DNA from: Planctomycetota bacterium
GTDB lineage: Bacteria > Planctomycetota > B15-G4
Reading direction: 5' to 3'
DNA: 64,000 nucleotides
Assembly: GCA_038212275.1 (NCBI GenBank)
Contig: JBBQUR010000014.1
Coordinates: 32,001-96,000 of the forward strand
The notes under the pieces were generated by a model. The model did no database searches. It was not told the DNA's origin and saw nothing but the letters and a program-made list of their open reading frames with translations. The first letter of the stretch is position 1. Each line of letters begins with the position of its first letter. The position numbers were made by a program, and so were the translations under genes. Positions 36,987 to 46,676 of the stretch are shown here, piece after piece.

Positions 36987-37835
36987 TCACCCGTGCCACG
37001 TGCGCAGGTCGCACAGGACGTCGTAGAAGACGTGCATGTAGACCACCACGGCCAGACCTCGTGCCACGAACAGGAGACCGAGGATTGTACCGGCAAGTGC
37101 GCGGAACACGAACCGGTCCGCCGTGAGCGGCTCCCCCATCTCGCCCACGTGGTGATAGAGCGCGAAGGCCAGCGACGACACGATGATGGCGCAGGCCAGT
37201 GCCGCGCGTCGGTGGACACCGAAGGCCCGCACAAGCAGCCACGTGATGCCACCGAGCAGCGCCAGCCGGAAGACGATCTCCTCCCAGAGACCCGCGCCCA
37301 CGCTGAGCAGGAACGGCAGCCAGGCCGGCATCGATCCTGTGCTCACGGGCGACTCCACCGAGAGCCCCAGTCCTCCGACCATGAGCCCCAGCATCGGCCC
37401 GAGGAGCAGCGCGAAGAGCAGCGACTCCGCCAGAATCCAGTGGGCGCGGACATGCCTCGGCGGCGCGGCTCGCAGGAGCACCAGCGCCACCACCATGAGC
37501 AGCAGCAGCAGTCCCCGGCGGAGCACGACGAGCGTGTCCGGCGTCAGTCGCGAGAAGAGCTGGCTGACCACCATCTCCGCGCCGTTGCGCAGCGGAGCGT
37601 GCGCAGCCAGCATCGCGATCTCGTAGGCCAGCAGCAGCGGCAGCACGAGCAGGAGCGAGAGCCCGATGTCCCGCGACTCGCGCAGATAGGAGCCGATCGT
37701 GAAGCCCGCCTCCGGTTCGACGTCCGTCGGGCGGCGCACCGGGCGCAGCGCGGCCTTCGCACCCGAGGACCTCGCGGTCGCGACGCGTCTGCCGGTGCCG
37801 CGCGCCGCGCGCCCCCGGCCTCGGCGGCCCGTCAC
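36987..37835 (-). CDS. CPBP (Abi/CAAX) family intramembrane metalloprotease (start uncertain)
   Basis: GAGLWEEIVFR, FALYHH, HVFYDV motifs in a multi-TM protein. Confidence 0.82.
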   Translation of the reverse strand: MTGRRGRGRAARGTGRRVATARSSGAKAALRPVRRPTDVEPEAGFTIGSYLRESRDIGLSLLLVLPLLLAYEIAMLAAHAPLRNGAEMVVSQLFSRLTPDTLVVLRRGLLLLLMVVALVLLRAAPPRHVRAHWILAESLLFALLLGPMLGLMVGGLGLSVESPVSTGSMPAWLPFLLSVGAGLWEEIVFRLALLGGITWLLVRAFGVHRRAALACAIIVSSLAFALYHHVGEMGEPLTADRFVFRALAGTILGLLFVARGLAVVVYMHVFYDVLCDLRTWHG

Positions 37836-38572
37836 GAGCCCGGCCGCTCCGCGACGTGCAGCATCACGGCGCCGAGCAGATAGCTGCGCTGCTCGAGCAC
37901 CTTCAAGCCCGCACGCTGCAGCGCGGAGGCAAGTTCCACGGCACCCGGAAAGGCCCACACGGATTCAGGCAGATAGCGGTAGGCATCGATTTCGCTCCCG
38001 GACAGGAGCTTGCCGATCCGCGGCAGGACATGGAAGAAATAGGTGCGGTACATGCGAGCGAAGGCGGGGTTGGCGGGCTTGCTGAACTCGAGGATCAGCA
38101 GGCGCCCCCCCGGCGCGAGGACGCGCGCCATCTCGCAAAGCGCCGCCTGAGGGTCCTGGATGTTGCGCAAGCCGAAGGCCACGCTCACGGCGCGGAATCG
38201 GCCCGGGCCATACGGCAGCGCCAGGGCGTCCGCGACGAGGAAGGCCGGCGGCTGGTCGAGTGCGGCTGCCTTTGCCGGGGCACGCGCCACCATCTCCTCG
38301 CAGAAGTCGCTGGCGTGCACGCGGACGTCATGCCGGCAGGCATGCCCGGCCATCGCCAGCGCCACGTCGCCGGTGCCGGTGCACAGGTCGAGGATGCGGT
38401 CACCCGCACGCAGCGCCGGCAGGCGCGCGACGAGCGCACGCCGCCAGCGCTGGTCCTGACCGGCCGAGAGCAGCCTGTTGAGCAGGTCGTAGCGCGGCGC
38501 GATCGAGGCGAACATGCCGCGCACGTCCCGCCCCTTGTCGGGGGCGGTCGGATCCGGCGCGGTAGCGGTCAT
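37832..38572 (-). CDS. ubiE: demethylmenaquinone/ubiquinone methyltransferase (UbiE/MenG)
   Basis: MFASIAPRYDLLNRLLS.G.D..WR, LDLCTGTGD, AFGLRN, RVLAPGGRL.ILEFS, AYRYLPES. Confidence 0.93.
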   Translation of the reverse strand: MTATAPDPTAPDKGRDVRGMFASIAPRYDLLNRLLSAGQDQRWRRALVARLPALRAGDRILDLCTGTGDVALAMAGHACRHDVRVHASDFCEEMVARAPAKAAALDQPPAFLVADALALPYGPGRFRAVSVAFGLRNIQDPQAALCEMARVLAPGGRLLILEFSKPANPAFARMYRTYFFHVLPRIGKLLSGSEIDAYRYLPESVWAFPGAVELASALQRAGLKVLEQRSYLLGAVMLHVAERPGS

Positions 38573-38576
38573 CAGG

Positions 38577-41500
38577 TCACTGGCTGAAGAAACTGGTCAT
38601 CACCGCGACATCGCGCGGTGTCGTGATCGTCTTCAGGTGCGTGCCGTTGGCGACATCGAAGACCTCGATGATCTTGCCGCTGATGGACAGGTACAGACGA
38701 TCGGCATCCCAGCGTGGCCCGTTGGTGAACGTCGGCAGGATGTTGTCCGCGAGCGGGAACTTGCTGTTGCGCGGGAAGAGCGGCACCTGCTTGGGTGTGG
38801 CACCCGCGTTCAGCAGGTTGAAGTAGCTGGCGAAGTCCTCCTGCTCGAAGCGCTTGCGGTTGTAGTCGGGCAAGGCCACTGCGTAGGCCGCCGCAGCCGG
38901 GAAGCTGGACAGGTACTGCGCCTTCGTCTGGAAGACGGTCGTGCCGAAGCCGATCGTCGTGTTGAAGATGTTGAAGGTCTGCGCACCAGGCTGGGTGTCC
39001 GCGGTGTAGGCGATGCGCGTGACCAGCGCCTTGCCGTTCTCGTCCTTGTGCGCGACGAAGCATCCGACCGTCGCCGAGAAGCCGTCGAGCGGCACGTTCG
39101 GGTCGTAGGTGATGCCGCGCGGCTCGAACATGTTCTTCCACTTCTGACCAGTCACCGGCTCGTTCGGGCGAACCTTGCCGACGATGGTGTCGAAGCCGAT
39201 ACCGGCGGTGCCATCCGGCCCCGACTGATACACGAGCACGTTGTTGCCGCCGTAGTTCGAGATGTAGCCGTGGTAGGTGCCGCTCTGGAAAGCCGGGCCG
39301 TTGGTCGCCTCGCGCATGCCGCAGGCCATTTCGTACGGCCGGTTCAGTCCGGAGTCGGTCAGCGTCTTGCGCACGGTGCCGCTGTTCACGTCCACGATCG
39401 TCACCGTGTTCGAGAGGTAGTTGAGGACAAAGACGTCCTCGTTGTCCGGATCGACGCAGACGGCCCGGGGGCCGGTGCCGACCTGGATGCGCTTCAACTC
39501 GGTCATGAACGTGGCGCTGGTCGGGTCCGCATCCACGACGGACAGGCTGTTGTCGCCCTCGTTGCTGACGTAGAGCCGATCGAGCTCGGGCGACATGCCG
39601 AGACCGTATGGATCAGGCAGCGTGAGCGACTGGATGACCTGCATCGTGTTGGAGTTGATCGCGTGCAGCTTCCGGTTCACGCCATCGGCGGCGAACAGGA
39701 AGTTGCCGATCTGCTGGCGCGCCTCGTAGATCGGAGGCACGAGTCCGCCGCTTCCCGAAGATCCGGGAGCAGCCGCGTTGCGCGTGGCCAAGATCACGGC
39801 GCCGGCCGTCGCGGTCTTGGGCAGCGGTCCGGTCTGGACGAACTTCGGCGACGTGGCGACGCCCGTGGCGAAGTTGAAGGTGCTCTGGAAACCCGCCCGC
39901 GGCAGCGGAGCGATGTCGAAGGCGTTCTTGTTGCTGGTGTTCGTCGTCGGGTTGAGCTGGATGAGTCCGTTGCTGGCCTGCGGCGACTGCACGCCGACGC
40001 CCGAGCTGTCGTCGAAGTAGGCGAACCCGTCTCCGGGGAAAACTTCGTTGCCCTGGATCAACGTCGGCGCGGCAGCAACGTCGGACTGGTCGAAGATGAC
40101 GGCCGTGTGCGGCAGTCCGACCGGGAAGCGCAGTGGAGGCGGGTTGGGGAACGGGGGATCGGCAATCGTGTTCGTCGCGATCGCGCCCTGACCCGGCGTG
40201 TTGTAGGTGCGGTGGCGCTGCGGATTGGCGTTCGAGTTCTCCGGGTCGAAGAAGGGCGCCACGGAGTCGAGGAAGTCTCCCACCTGCATGTCGCGCACGA
40301 TGCTCACCTTGCTGTCGTCGGTGAGAATCGCGCTGGCCGTCGCGGGGTTGTTCTGGGTGATGCCGCTGAACACCAGCGTTTCGTAACCCGAGGAGCCTTC
40401 GTTGATGCCGGGGGTCGGCGTGAGCGAACCGGTGCTGATGGCCTTGCCGATCGCATATTCGGACTCGGTGCCGGACGGACTGCCCTGCGAACCACCGGAC
40501 GTGTAGCGACCGAAGATGCCGAAGGCCCGGAAATGATCACCGTTCTTGAACTGTCCGCTCGCCGTGAAGTTGAACTTGCTGGGCGAACCGCTGAGCGTCG
40601 GCGGCAGGAAGCGCGAGACCTCGACGTAGTTCTGGAAGGTGGTGTTGAGCGCAGCACCGCCGGGAATGTTGGTGTTGTAGCCGGTGCCGGACAGATCGAG
40701 CACGCCCGCGCCACCACTGCTGTAGCCGAGGTACAGCGCCTGCGGCGACACCGGAGCATTCACGTAACGGTAGGTGTTGTCGTGGCCGACCCGGAAGGTG
40801 CGGCACACGTTGGTCCCGCCCGTGGTCAAGTCATTGGTCATGACGCCATCCACCAGCGTGTCGACGGCCACGGAGGTTCCGCCGTAGGCCAGCAGTCCCT
40901 GCAGGTCCATCGGTCCCGCATTGACCTTGATGACGGTCTGGTTGCCGAGGATGGCCGTCTTGAATGCCGTGCCCGAATCGCCGAGACCGACGGCATTGAT
41001 GCCCTGGAAGCCCGTGAAGACGGTACCGGAGCGGCTCTGGTTGCCCCGGTTGGTGCGCGAGAGGAAGGACATGCCGAGTCCGGGCAGGCAGACGCCCACG
41101 GTCACGACGACGTCCGGCGGCATCTCGACCAGGGTCTCGACGACGTAGGCCTGACGATTGTTCTGGTTGAGCGGATAGATGTCGCAGGGAACGACACCGC
41201 GCGGCAGCGTGGCGAGCGTGTTCATCAACGTGGGCACGAGGCCGTTGCCCGACTTTTCGGTACTGGTGAACAGCTGGCCATTGTCCTTGGTCGACGTCGA
41301 GGTGCCGCCGGCCTTGGCGAAGGGCGAGTTGACCTTCTGCGTGAAGCCGCTCGTCGGGCTGATGCCCGCCGGCTGATTGACGGCCACGTAGATGCTGGAA
41401 GCCAGCGGGCTGCCCAGGTGGGCCGTCGCGATCGAGCTTGCCGGGCTGCCGACGGGACGCGAGTTGCCGTTGAACGGGAACAGGACACCCAGGCTCGGCG

Positions 41501-43076
41501 TCGCATGAATGGTGTAACGACGCGAGAAACCAACCGAGTTCGGAACGACCTCCTTGTCGAAATCGATCCGGAAGTTGGCGCGTGTGGAGATCAGGTTCGG
41601 GCTGGTCGGGTCGTTGTCCCCGTTCGGCGTCTTGTTGTAGTTGGCCGGATCGATCGCATCCTTGCCCGGGTCGAGGATGTCGATCGAGGGGAGCGACGTG
41701 GTGGTCCCGATCGGAATCGCCGCACCGCGATTGAAGGTCATGTCTGCGGCGCGCGGATCTGCGCCGACCTTGCTCTGGTTGAGCGGGAAGGTGTGGAAGT
41801 ACGGGTTGCTGACCGTCTCGCTCTTGCTGCGGAGACGCGTGAGGTTGAAGGACACGAAGCCCATCGGCGCCGCGAGCGTGTTGCCCGTGGCGGCGAAGTC
41901 GTTCACGGAACCCGGCACCGTGACGTTCGCGCCGAAAACGCGACCGCCGCCGGGCGACAGCGTCGGACTCGGCAGGATGAGCACGCCCGAACTGTCGATC
42001 ACGCCGTTGACGAGCACGGAGCCCGTCGTGGTGATCGAAGCCGGGTCCTCGTTCGCGATGTAGGTGAACACGTTCGGCTTGTTGATCAGCGACCGCGCAC
42101 CGACAGGCACGTTGCTTCCCAGCGGATCGATGGTCGCCAGCGCCGTGCCGGTGAGAGAGATGTACGGCACCGCCGTCACGCCACCGATGACGGCAACACC
42201 GCTCACGTGCCGGTGCACGAAGGTCTCGTCGATGGTGTTGTTCATGTCCCCGCCGGGATGCTGAATCCAGCGCGCCTCGATGAACACGTTGGCGGGCAGA
42301 CTCGTGTCGCTGTCACCGAGGAACGACGTGCTCGCGTTGAAGGCGTTGAAGAGACTCTCGCGATCAAGATCGTACGGGAACACGATCTGGATGAACTGGT
42401 GTTCGTCGGACGAGGAGGGACCGACACCGCTGCCCATGCCGTTGAGCGCGCCCATCGTGTAGGGCAGCGTCGGCAGCTTGGGGACCTGGTTGCCCGGGAT
42501 GTTCGAGAAGAGGCCCGGGCCGCCATCGCCGATGCCGTCGTTGTCGAGGTCACCGGCCGTGTAGCCGTTGAACACGAATCCCATGGGAGGCGCGACGACC
42601 AGCGACACGTTGGGCTGGCCCGAGGTGGTCTGGAAGAGGTCGTAGATGTTGTTGGACGCGAAGATGAGCTCGCCGTTCTTGCCCGGGTCGACTCCGGTGG
42701 TGTAACCGTCGAAGCCCGAGGCCTGCAGCGAACCGCTCGACGGCAGGTTGCCCCAGTCGTTGGTGATGTCCGTACCGCCCGGCTTGCTGATGGCAGCGAG
42801 GAAGTTGCGCTCGGCCACATCGATCGGCGCGACGCTGTCCGGGTTGCCGCCGTTCACCACGTCGACGCGGGCCCAGTCCCCGTTGGTCGCGACCGTCGCA
42901 TACGTGACGACCTCGAGATTGGCCTTCGAGGAGCCGTTGGCGGGCGGTGGCGGCGGCGGCTTCGGACCGCCGCCTCCTGAGCTCCCTCCCCCACCGCCTC
43001 CGCCGCAACTGGTCATGGAGGCCACCGAGATGGCCAGGGCGAAGCCGATGAGCGCGCGCGGAATGCTTCGGGTCAT
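38577..43076 (-). CDS. giant (1499 aa) lipoprotein with Gly/Pro linker and C-terminal YVTN-type beta-propeller
   Basis: Lipobox MTSC then GGGGGGGSSGGGGPKPPPPPP; DLDNDG motif; repeats LYVSNEGDNSLSVVD, VGTGP, FVLNYLSNTVTIVD; strongly biased codons. Confidence 0.85.
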   Translation of the reverse strand: MTRSIPRALIGFALAISVASMTSCGGGGGGGSSGGGGPKPPPPPPANGSSKANLEVVTYATVATNGDWARVDVVNGGNPDSVAPIDVAERNFLAAISKPGGTDITNDWGNLPSSGSLQASGFDGYTTGVDPGKNGELIFASNNIYDLFQTTSGQPNVSLVVAPPMGFVFNGYTAGDLDNDGIGDGGPGLFSNIPGNQVPKLPTLPYTMGALNGMGSGVGPSSSDEHQFIQIVFPYDLDRESLFNAFNASTSFLGDSDTSLPANVFIEARWIQHPGGDMNNTIDETFVHRHVSGVAVIGGVTAVPYISLTGTALATIDPLGSNVPVGARSLINKPNVFTYIANEDPASITTTGSVLVNGVIDSSGVLILPSPTLSPGGGRVFGANVTVPGSVNDFAATGNTLAAPMGFVSFNLTRLRSKSETVSNPYFHTFPLNQSKVGADPRAADMTFNRGAAIPIGTTTSLPSIDILDPGKDAIDPANYNKTPNGDNDPTSPNLISTRANFRIDFDKEVVPNSVGFSRRYTIHATPSLGVLFPFNGNSRPVGSPASSIATAHLGSPLASSIYVAVNQPAGISPTSGFTQKVNSPFAKAGGTSTSTKDNGQLFTSTEKSGNGLVPTLMNTLATLPRGVVPCDIYPLNQNNRQAYVVETLVEMPPDVVVTVGVCLPGLGMSFLSRTNRGNQSRSGTVFTGFQGINAVGLGDSGTAFKTAILGNQTVIKVNAGPMDLQGLLAYGGTSVAVDTLVDGVMTNDLTTGGTNVCRTFRVGHDNTYRYVNAPVSPQALYLGYSSGGAGVLDLSGTGYNTNIPGGAALNTTFQNYVEVSRFLPPTLSGSPSKFNFTASGQFKNGDHFRAFGIFGRYTSGGSQGSPSGTESEYAIGKAISTGSLTPTPGINEGSSGYETLVFSGITQNNPATASAILTDDSKVSIVRDMQVGDFLDSVAPFFDPENSNANPQRHRTYNTPGQGAIATNTIADPPFPNPPPLRFPVGLPHTAVIFDQSDVAAAPTLIQGNEVFPGDGFAYFDDSSGVGVQSPQASNGLIQLNPTTNTSNKNAFDIAPLPRAGFQSTFNFATGVATSPKFVQTGPLPKTATAGAVILATRNAAAPGSSGSGGLVPPIYEARQQIGNFLFAADGVNRKLHAINSNTMQVIQSLTLPDPYGLGMSPELDRLYVSNEGDNSLSVVDADPTSATFMTELKRIQVGTGPRAVCVDPDNEDVFVLNYLSNTVTIVDVNSGTVRKTLTDSGLNRPYEMACGMREATNGPAFQSGTYHGYISNYGGNNVLVYQSGPDGTAGIGFDTIVGKVRPNEPVTGQKWKNMFEPRGITYDPNVPLDGFSATVGCFVAHKDENGKALVTRIAYTADTQPGAQTFNIFNTTIGFGTTVFQTKAQYLSSFPAAAAYAVALPDYNRKRFEQEDFASYFNLLNAGATPKQVPLFPRNSKFPLADNILPTFTNGPRWDADRLYLSISGKIIEVFDVANGTHLKTITTPRDVAVMTSFFSQ

Positions 43077-43279
43077 GATTCAGGTCCTTGACGGGTGACG
43101 TGGGATCAAGGCTTCGGGACTCTGTCCCACGAGGGCCGGGGTTGCCCAAGGTGCGCGTGCGGAATGAGGCCTTCCCGCAGCACGGACACTTTAGTCGATT
43201 CTCGTGGTCGCCGTCAGACGAGTCAAGCCGCGATTGACCCTTGGCGCCGTGATGTAGTCGGCCATCTGCCACCGGTATC

Positions 43280-44305
43280 ATGCGCCCCATGAGCGAGTCT
43301 TCCGGCATCTTTCGCACGCTGAGCACGACGGCGGAGGATGCCGACGGCCCCTTGCGGCCCCGGAGTTTCGAGGAATTCGTGGGACAGGCGCGCGTGGTCG
43401 CCAACCTGCGGACCTGGATCGACGCGGCTCGACAGAGGGGCAAGAGCCTGGACCACGTCCTGCTCTCGGGGCCGCCCGGCCTCGGCAAGACGACGCTGGC
43501 CAACCTCGTGGCCAGCACGCTCGGCTGCCCGCTCAAGCAGACGTCGGGCCCCGCGCTGGAGCGTCCGGGTGATCTCGTCGGACTGCTCACCGGCCTGGCC
43601 GCCGGTGACGTGCTCTTCGTGGACGAGATCCACCGCATGCCGCGCAGCGTCGAGGAATACCTTTACGCCGCGATGGAGGACCTCGCGGTGGACGTGGTCA
43701 TCGACCAGGGCCCCGCGGCGCGCTCCGTCCGCCTGACCGTCGCGCCGTTCACGCTCATCGGTGCGACGACTCGCGAAGGGCTGCTGACGCACGCCTTCCG
43801 CTCGCGCTTCGGAGTCGTCGAGAAACTCGTGCCGTATCCGGCGCAGGACATCGAGGCCATTCTCAAGCGCTCCGCAGCGCGCCTCGGTTGCCGCCTCGAC
43901 GACGACGCCGCCGGACTCGTGAGCGAACGCAGCCGCGGTGTGCCACGTGTCGCCAATCGACTCCTGCGCCGTCTTCGCGACGTCGCCGACCTCGAGAACG
44001 AGGGGCACGTCACGCGCGCCGTGGTCGAGCGCGGTCTCGGCATGCTCGGCATCGACGCCCTGGGTCTGGAGGACATGGATCGCCGCCTGCTGACCGCACT
44101 GCTGACGCTCGGCGGCGGCCCCGCCGGCCTCAAGACGCTGGCCGTCGCGGTCGGAGAGGAAGAGGACACGCTCGAGCAGGTCTACGAGCCGCATCTCATC
44201 CGCCTCGGCTTCCTCAAGCGCACGCCCCGAGGCCGCCAGCTCACGGACGCCGCGCGCCTCCACCTCGGCGCCGCAGGCGCGGCATCCGGACTCTTCCCCG
44301 CGTGA
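43280..44305 (+). CDS. ruvB: Holliday junction branch migration helicase
   Basis: LRP.SFEEFVGQ, GPPGLGKTTLA, FVDEIHR, FTLIGATTR, RGVPR.ANRLLRR, YEP.LI. Confidence 0.96.
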   Translation: MRPMSESSGIFRTLSTTAEDADGPLRPRSFEEFVGQARVVANLRTWIDAARQRGKSLDHVLLSGPPGLGKTTLANLVASTLGCPLKQTSGPALERPGDLVGLLTGLAAGDVLFVDEIHRMPRSVEEYLYAAMEDLAVDVVIDQGPAARSVRLTVAPFTLIGATTREGLLTHAFRSRFGVVEKLVPYPAQDIEAILKRSAARLGCRLDDDAAGLVSERSRGVPRVANRLLRRLRDVADLENEGHVTRAVVERGLGMLGIDALGLEDMDRRLLTALLTLGGGPAGLKTLAVAVGEEEDTLEQVYEPHLIRLGFLKRTPRGRQLTDAARLHLGAAGAASGLFPA

Positions 44306-45516
44306 GCATCACGGGCTCCGTGCACGGGCCCTGCGCGATGGCGCTTGCGCTGCTGCTTGCGGCATCGCTGCCCGCATGCGTCGACACATCGGCGGCGCGG
44401 GCGGCCTCGACGACGGCCTCGACTTCTGCCGTCAACGACTCCATCGACGTCGAGTTCGGCCGCGGGACTCCGCTGCCCGCGATCGCGTGCGCCGGTCGCT
44501 GGCGCGCGCTCGACGGCAAGGGCGCCGAGATCGCCCGCGGCGACAGCCTGCCTGACGGCACCGTGCCCGTGGTCAGCCGCACGTCGGTGCGACTCGGCGA
44601 CGTGGACTGCGGCCCGCCGCCCGTGGACATCGTGCCGGCGCGCACCGTGCGCGTGCAGATCAATGGCAAGACGTACCGCGGCGCGCTGCGCCTCGATCTG
44701 GTCGGCGGCCAGCCGCGCCTGCTCAATCGCGTCGCGCTCGAAGACTACCTGCTTGGCGTGCTGCCCGGCGAGATGCCCGAGCGCTTCGGACTCGAGGCGC
44801 TCAAGGCCCAGGCCGTCGCGGCGCGCAGCTACGCGCTGGCCGAATACGCGCAGCTCGGGCGAGTCTATGCCGACACGCGCAGCCAGGTCTACGCGGGTCG
44901 CGATGCCGAATCGGCGCTGACCTCGCGGGCCGTGCGCGAAACGCGCGGCGAGGTCCTTCTCGCGCCGAACAAGCGCGTGGTCAAGGCCTTCTACTGCTCC
45001 ACGTGCGGCGGTCTCACGGCCGTCGGCCGCACGGTCTTCGATGACGTGCCGGCCGGCGTCATGACCGCGCCGGTCACGTGTCCGGACTGCCGCACGTCCC
45101 CCAACTACTCCTGGCAGCGACGGATCTCCGCCGAACGCATCTGCCTCGCTGCGGAACTGCCGGTCGCACCCCTGGAGAGTGTCCGCCTCTCGCCCGGAAC
45201 GCTGAAGGACAGGACGCAGACGGTGACCGTGCGCGCGGGGGGCCGCGAGGCCACGCTCAGTGCGACGACCTTCCGCGAGCGGCTCTCCGCGGGCCGTCCC
45301 AAGACCGAGCAACTGCTGTCGACGCTCTTCATCGAACAGCCGCGCATCGAGGGCGACGAGCTCGTCGTCGCGGGTCGCGGCTGGGGCCACGGCGTCGGCC
45401 TGTGCCAGTACGGCGCCGCGGGCTTCGCGGCGCGCGGTGCGACCTACGCGGCCATCCTCGGCCGGTACTATCCGGGCGCGGAACTCTCCAGGCGGAGTGC
45501 GGCGGACAGCCCGTGA
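44302..45516 (+). CDS. SpoIID/LytB domain protein (lytic transglycosylase family)
   Basis: YRG.L, LEDYL.GV..GEM, EALKAQAVAARSYA, SQVY.G, GWGHGVGLCQYGA, IL..YYPG. Confidence 0.9.
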   Translation: MSITGSVHGPCAMALALLLAASLPACVDTSAARAASTTASTSAVNDSIDVEFGRGTPLPAIACAGRWRALDGKGAEIARGDSLPDGTVPVVSRTSVRLGDVDCGPPPVDIVPARTVRVQINGKTYRGALRLDLVGGQPRLLNRVALEDYLLGVLPGEMPERFGLEALKAQAVAARSYALAEYAQLGRVYADTRSQVYAGRDAESALTSRAVRETRGEVLLAPNKRVVKAFYCSTCGGLTAVGRTVFDDVPAGVMTAPVTCPDCRTSPNYSWQRRISAERICLAAELPVAPLESVRLSPGTLKDRTQTVTVRAGGREATLSATTFRERLSAGRPKTEQLLSTLFIEQPRIEGDELVVAGRGWGHGVGLCQYGAAGFAARGATYAAILGRYYPGAELSRRSAADSP

Positions 45517-46676
45517 CGGAACGCTCGCGCGCCGCGCAGTTCACGCTTCACGGGACGTGCGGCTCCGCGCGCGCCGGCGTGCTCACGGTGCGGGGTCGCA
45601 CGCTCGACACGCCCGCCTTCCTGCCGGTGGGCACCTACGGCGCGGTCAAGGGCGTGCCGCCGTCGATGCTCGCGGAGCAGGGCGCCGGCATGCTGCTCGC
45701 CAACGCCTGCCACCTGCACGACCGCCCCGGCGCGGACGTGGTGGCAGGACTCGGCGGCCTGCACCGCTTCATGAACTGGAACGGACTGCTGCTCACCGAC
45801 AGCGGCGGCTTCCAGGTCTTCTCGCTGCTCGACATCTCCCGCCTCGACGAGGACGGCGTCACCTTCCGCTCGCCCGTGGACGGCCGGCCGCTTCGCCTCG
45901 GTCCGCAGGAGGCCGTCGACGTGCAGCTGCTGCTCGACAGCGACATCGCCATGGTCTTCGACGACTGCCCGCCGCTTCCGTGCGAGCATTCCCGGCTGGT
46001 GCAGTCCGTCGAGCGCACCACGCGCTGGGCCACCATCGCACAGGCGGCTCACCGGGAACGCAGCGCAGCCGGCCAGGCGCTGTTTGCCATCGTGCAGGGC
46101 GGGCTCGACGACGCATTGCGCGCCACCTCGGCACGCGAACTCGTCGCGCTCGACTTCGACGGCTACGCACTCGGCGGCCTTTCCGTCGGCGAGGAGAACA
46201 GCGACCTGCGCGCCGCGATGACACGCTACGCCCCGCTGCTGCCGGAGGATCGCGTGCGCTATCTGATGGGCGTCGGCACGCCCGGCGACGTGCTTGCCGC
46301 GATCGCCTCGGGCATCGACATGTTCGATTGCGTGCTGCCCACGCGGAACGCCCGCCACGGCACGCTGTTCACCCGCTCGCGCGAGGGCAGCGGCTCGATC
46401 AACCTGCGCAATCAGCGCTGGCGCAACGAACGCCGGCCGCTTGATCCGGACTGCGACTGCCCGGCGTGCCGCGACTGGTCCGCCGGCACGCTGCGGCACC
46501 TGCTGACGAATGGTGATCCGCTCGGCAGTCTGCTCTGTTCGCTGCACAATCTGCGCTTCATGCACAGGCTCGTCGCTGCGGCGCGGGCCGCGATTCTCGC
46601 CGGCACGCTGCCGGAACTGCTCGCCGAGTGGGCTCCGCCGGACGCAGCGGAGAGTCCGTCAGCGCGGCCGGTATGA
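45513..46676 (+). CDS. tgt: tRNA-guanine transglycosylase (bacterial type)
   Basis: TPAFLPVGT, TDSGGFQVFSL, IVQGG, GGLSVGE, RYLMGVG, DMFDCVLPTRNAR, Zn site CDCPAC...HN. Confidence 0.95.
   Translation: MTERSRAAQFTLHGTCGSARAGVLTVRGRTLDTPAFLPVGTYGAVKGVPPSMLAEQGAGMLLANACHLHDRPGADVVAGLGGLHRFMNWNGLLLTDSGGFQVFSLLDISRLDEDGVTFRSPVDGRPLRLGPQEAVDVQLLLDSDIAMVFDDCPPLPCEHSRLVQSVERTTRWATIAQAAHRERSAAGQALFAIVQGGLDDALRATSARELVALDFDGYALGGLSVGEENSDLRAAMTRYAPLLPEDRVRYLMGVGTPGDVLAAIASGIDMFDCVLPTRNARHGTLFTRSREGSGSINLRNQRWRNERRPLDPDCDCPACRDWSAGTLRHLLTNGDPLGSLLCSLHNLRFMHRLVAAARAAILAGTLPELLAEWAPPDAAESPSARPV

Noticed and set aside
38514..42980. 1488-aa plus-strand ORF, and similar long antisense ORFs such as 19363-22971 and 49756-53169
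   Set aside because: Shadow ORFs opposite well-supported genes; Arg/Gly/Val-rich with no motifs, as expected from codon bias in high-GC DNA
43100..43160. c-di-GMP-I riboswitch upstream of the giant lipoprotein
   Set aside because: Only GGGCAAC and GTGGGAC fragments match; the GNRA loop/receptor and GCAAAGC elements are missing
45513..46676. Tgt as a DNA-modifying DpdA or a queuine-salvage variant
   Set aside because: Canonical bacterial motifs (DDC, GGLSVGE, Zn site) and a housekeeping ruvB-spoIID context
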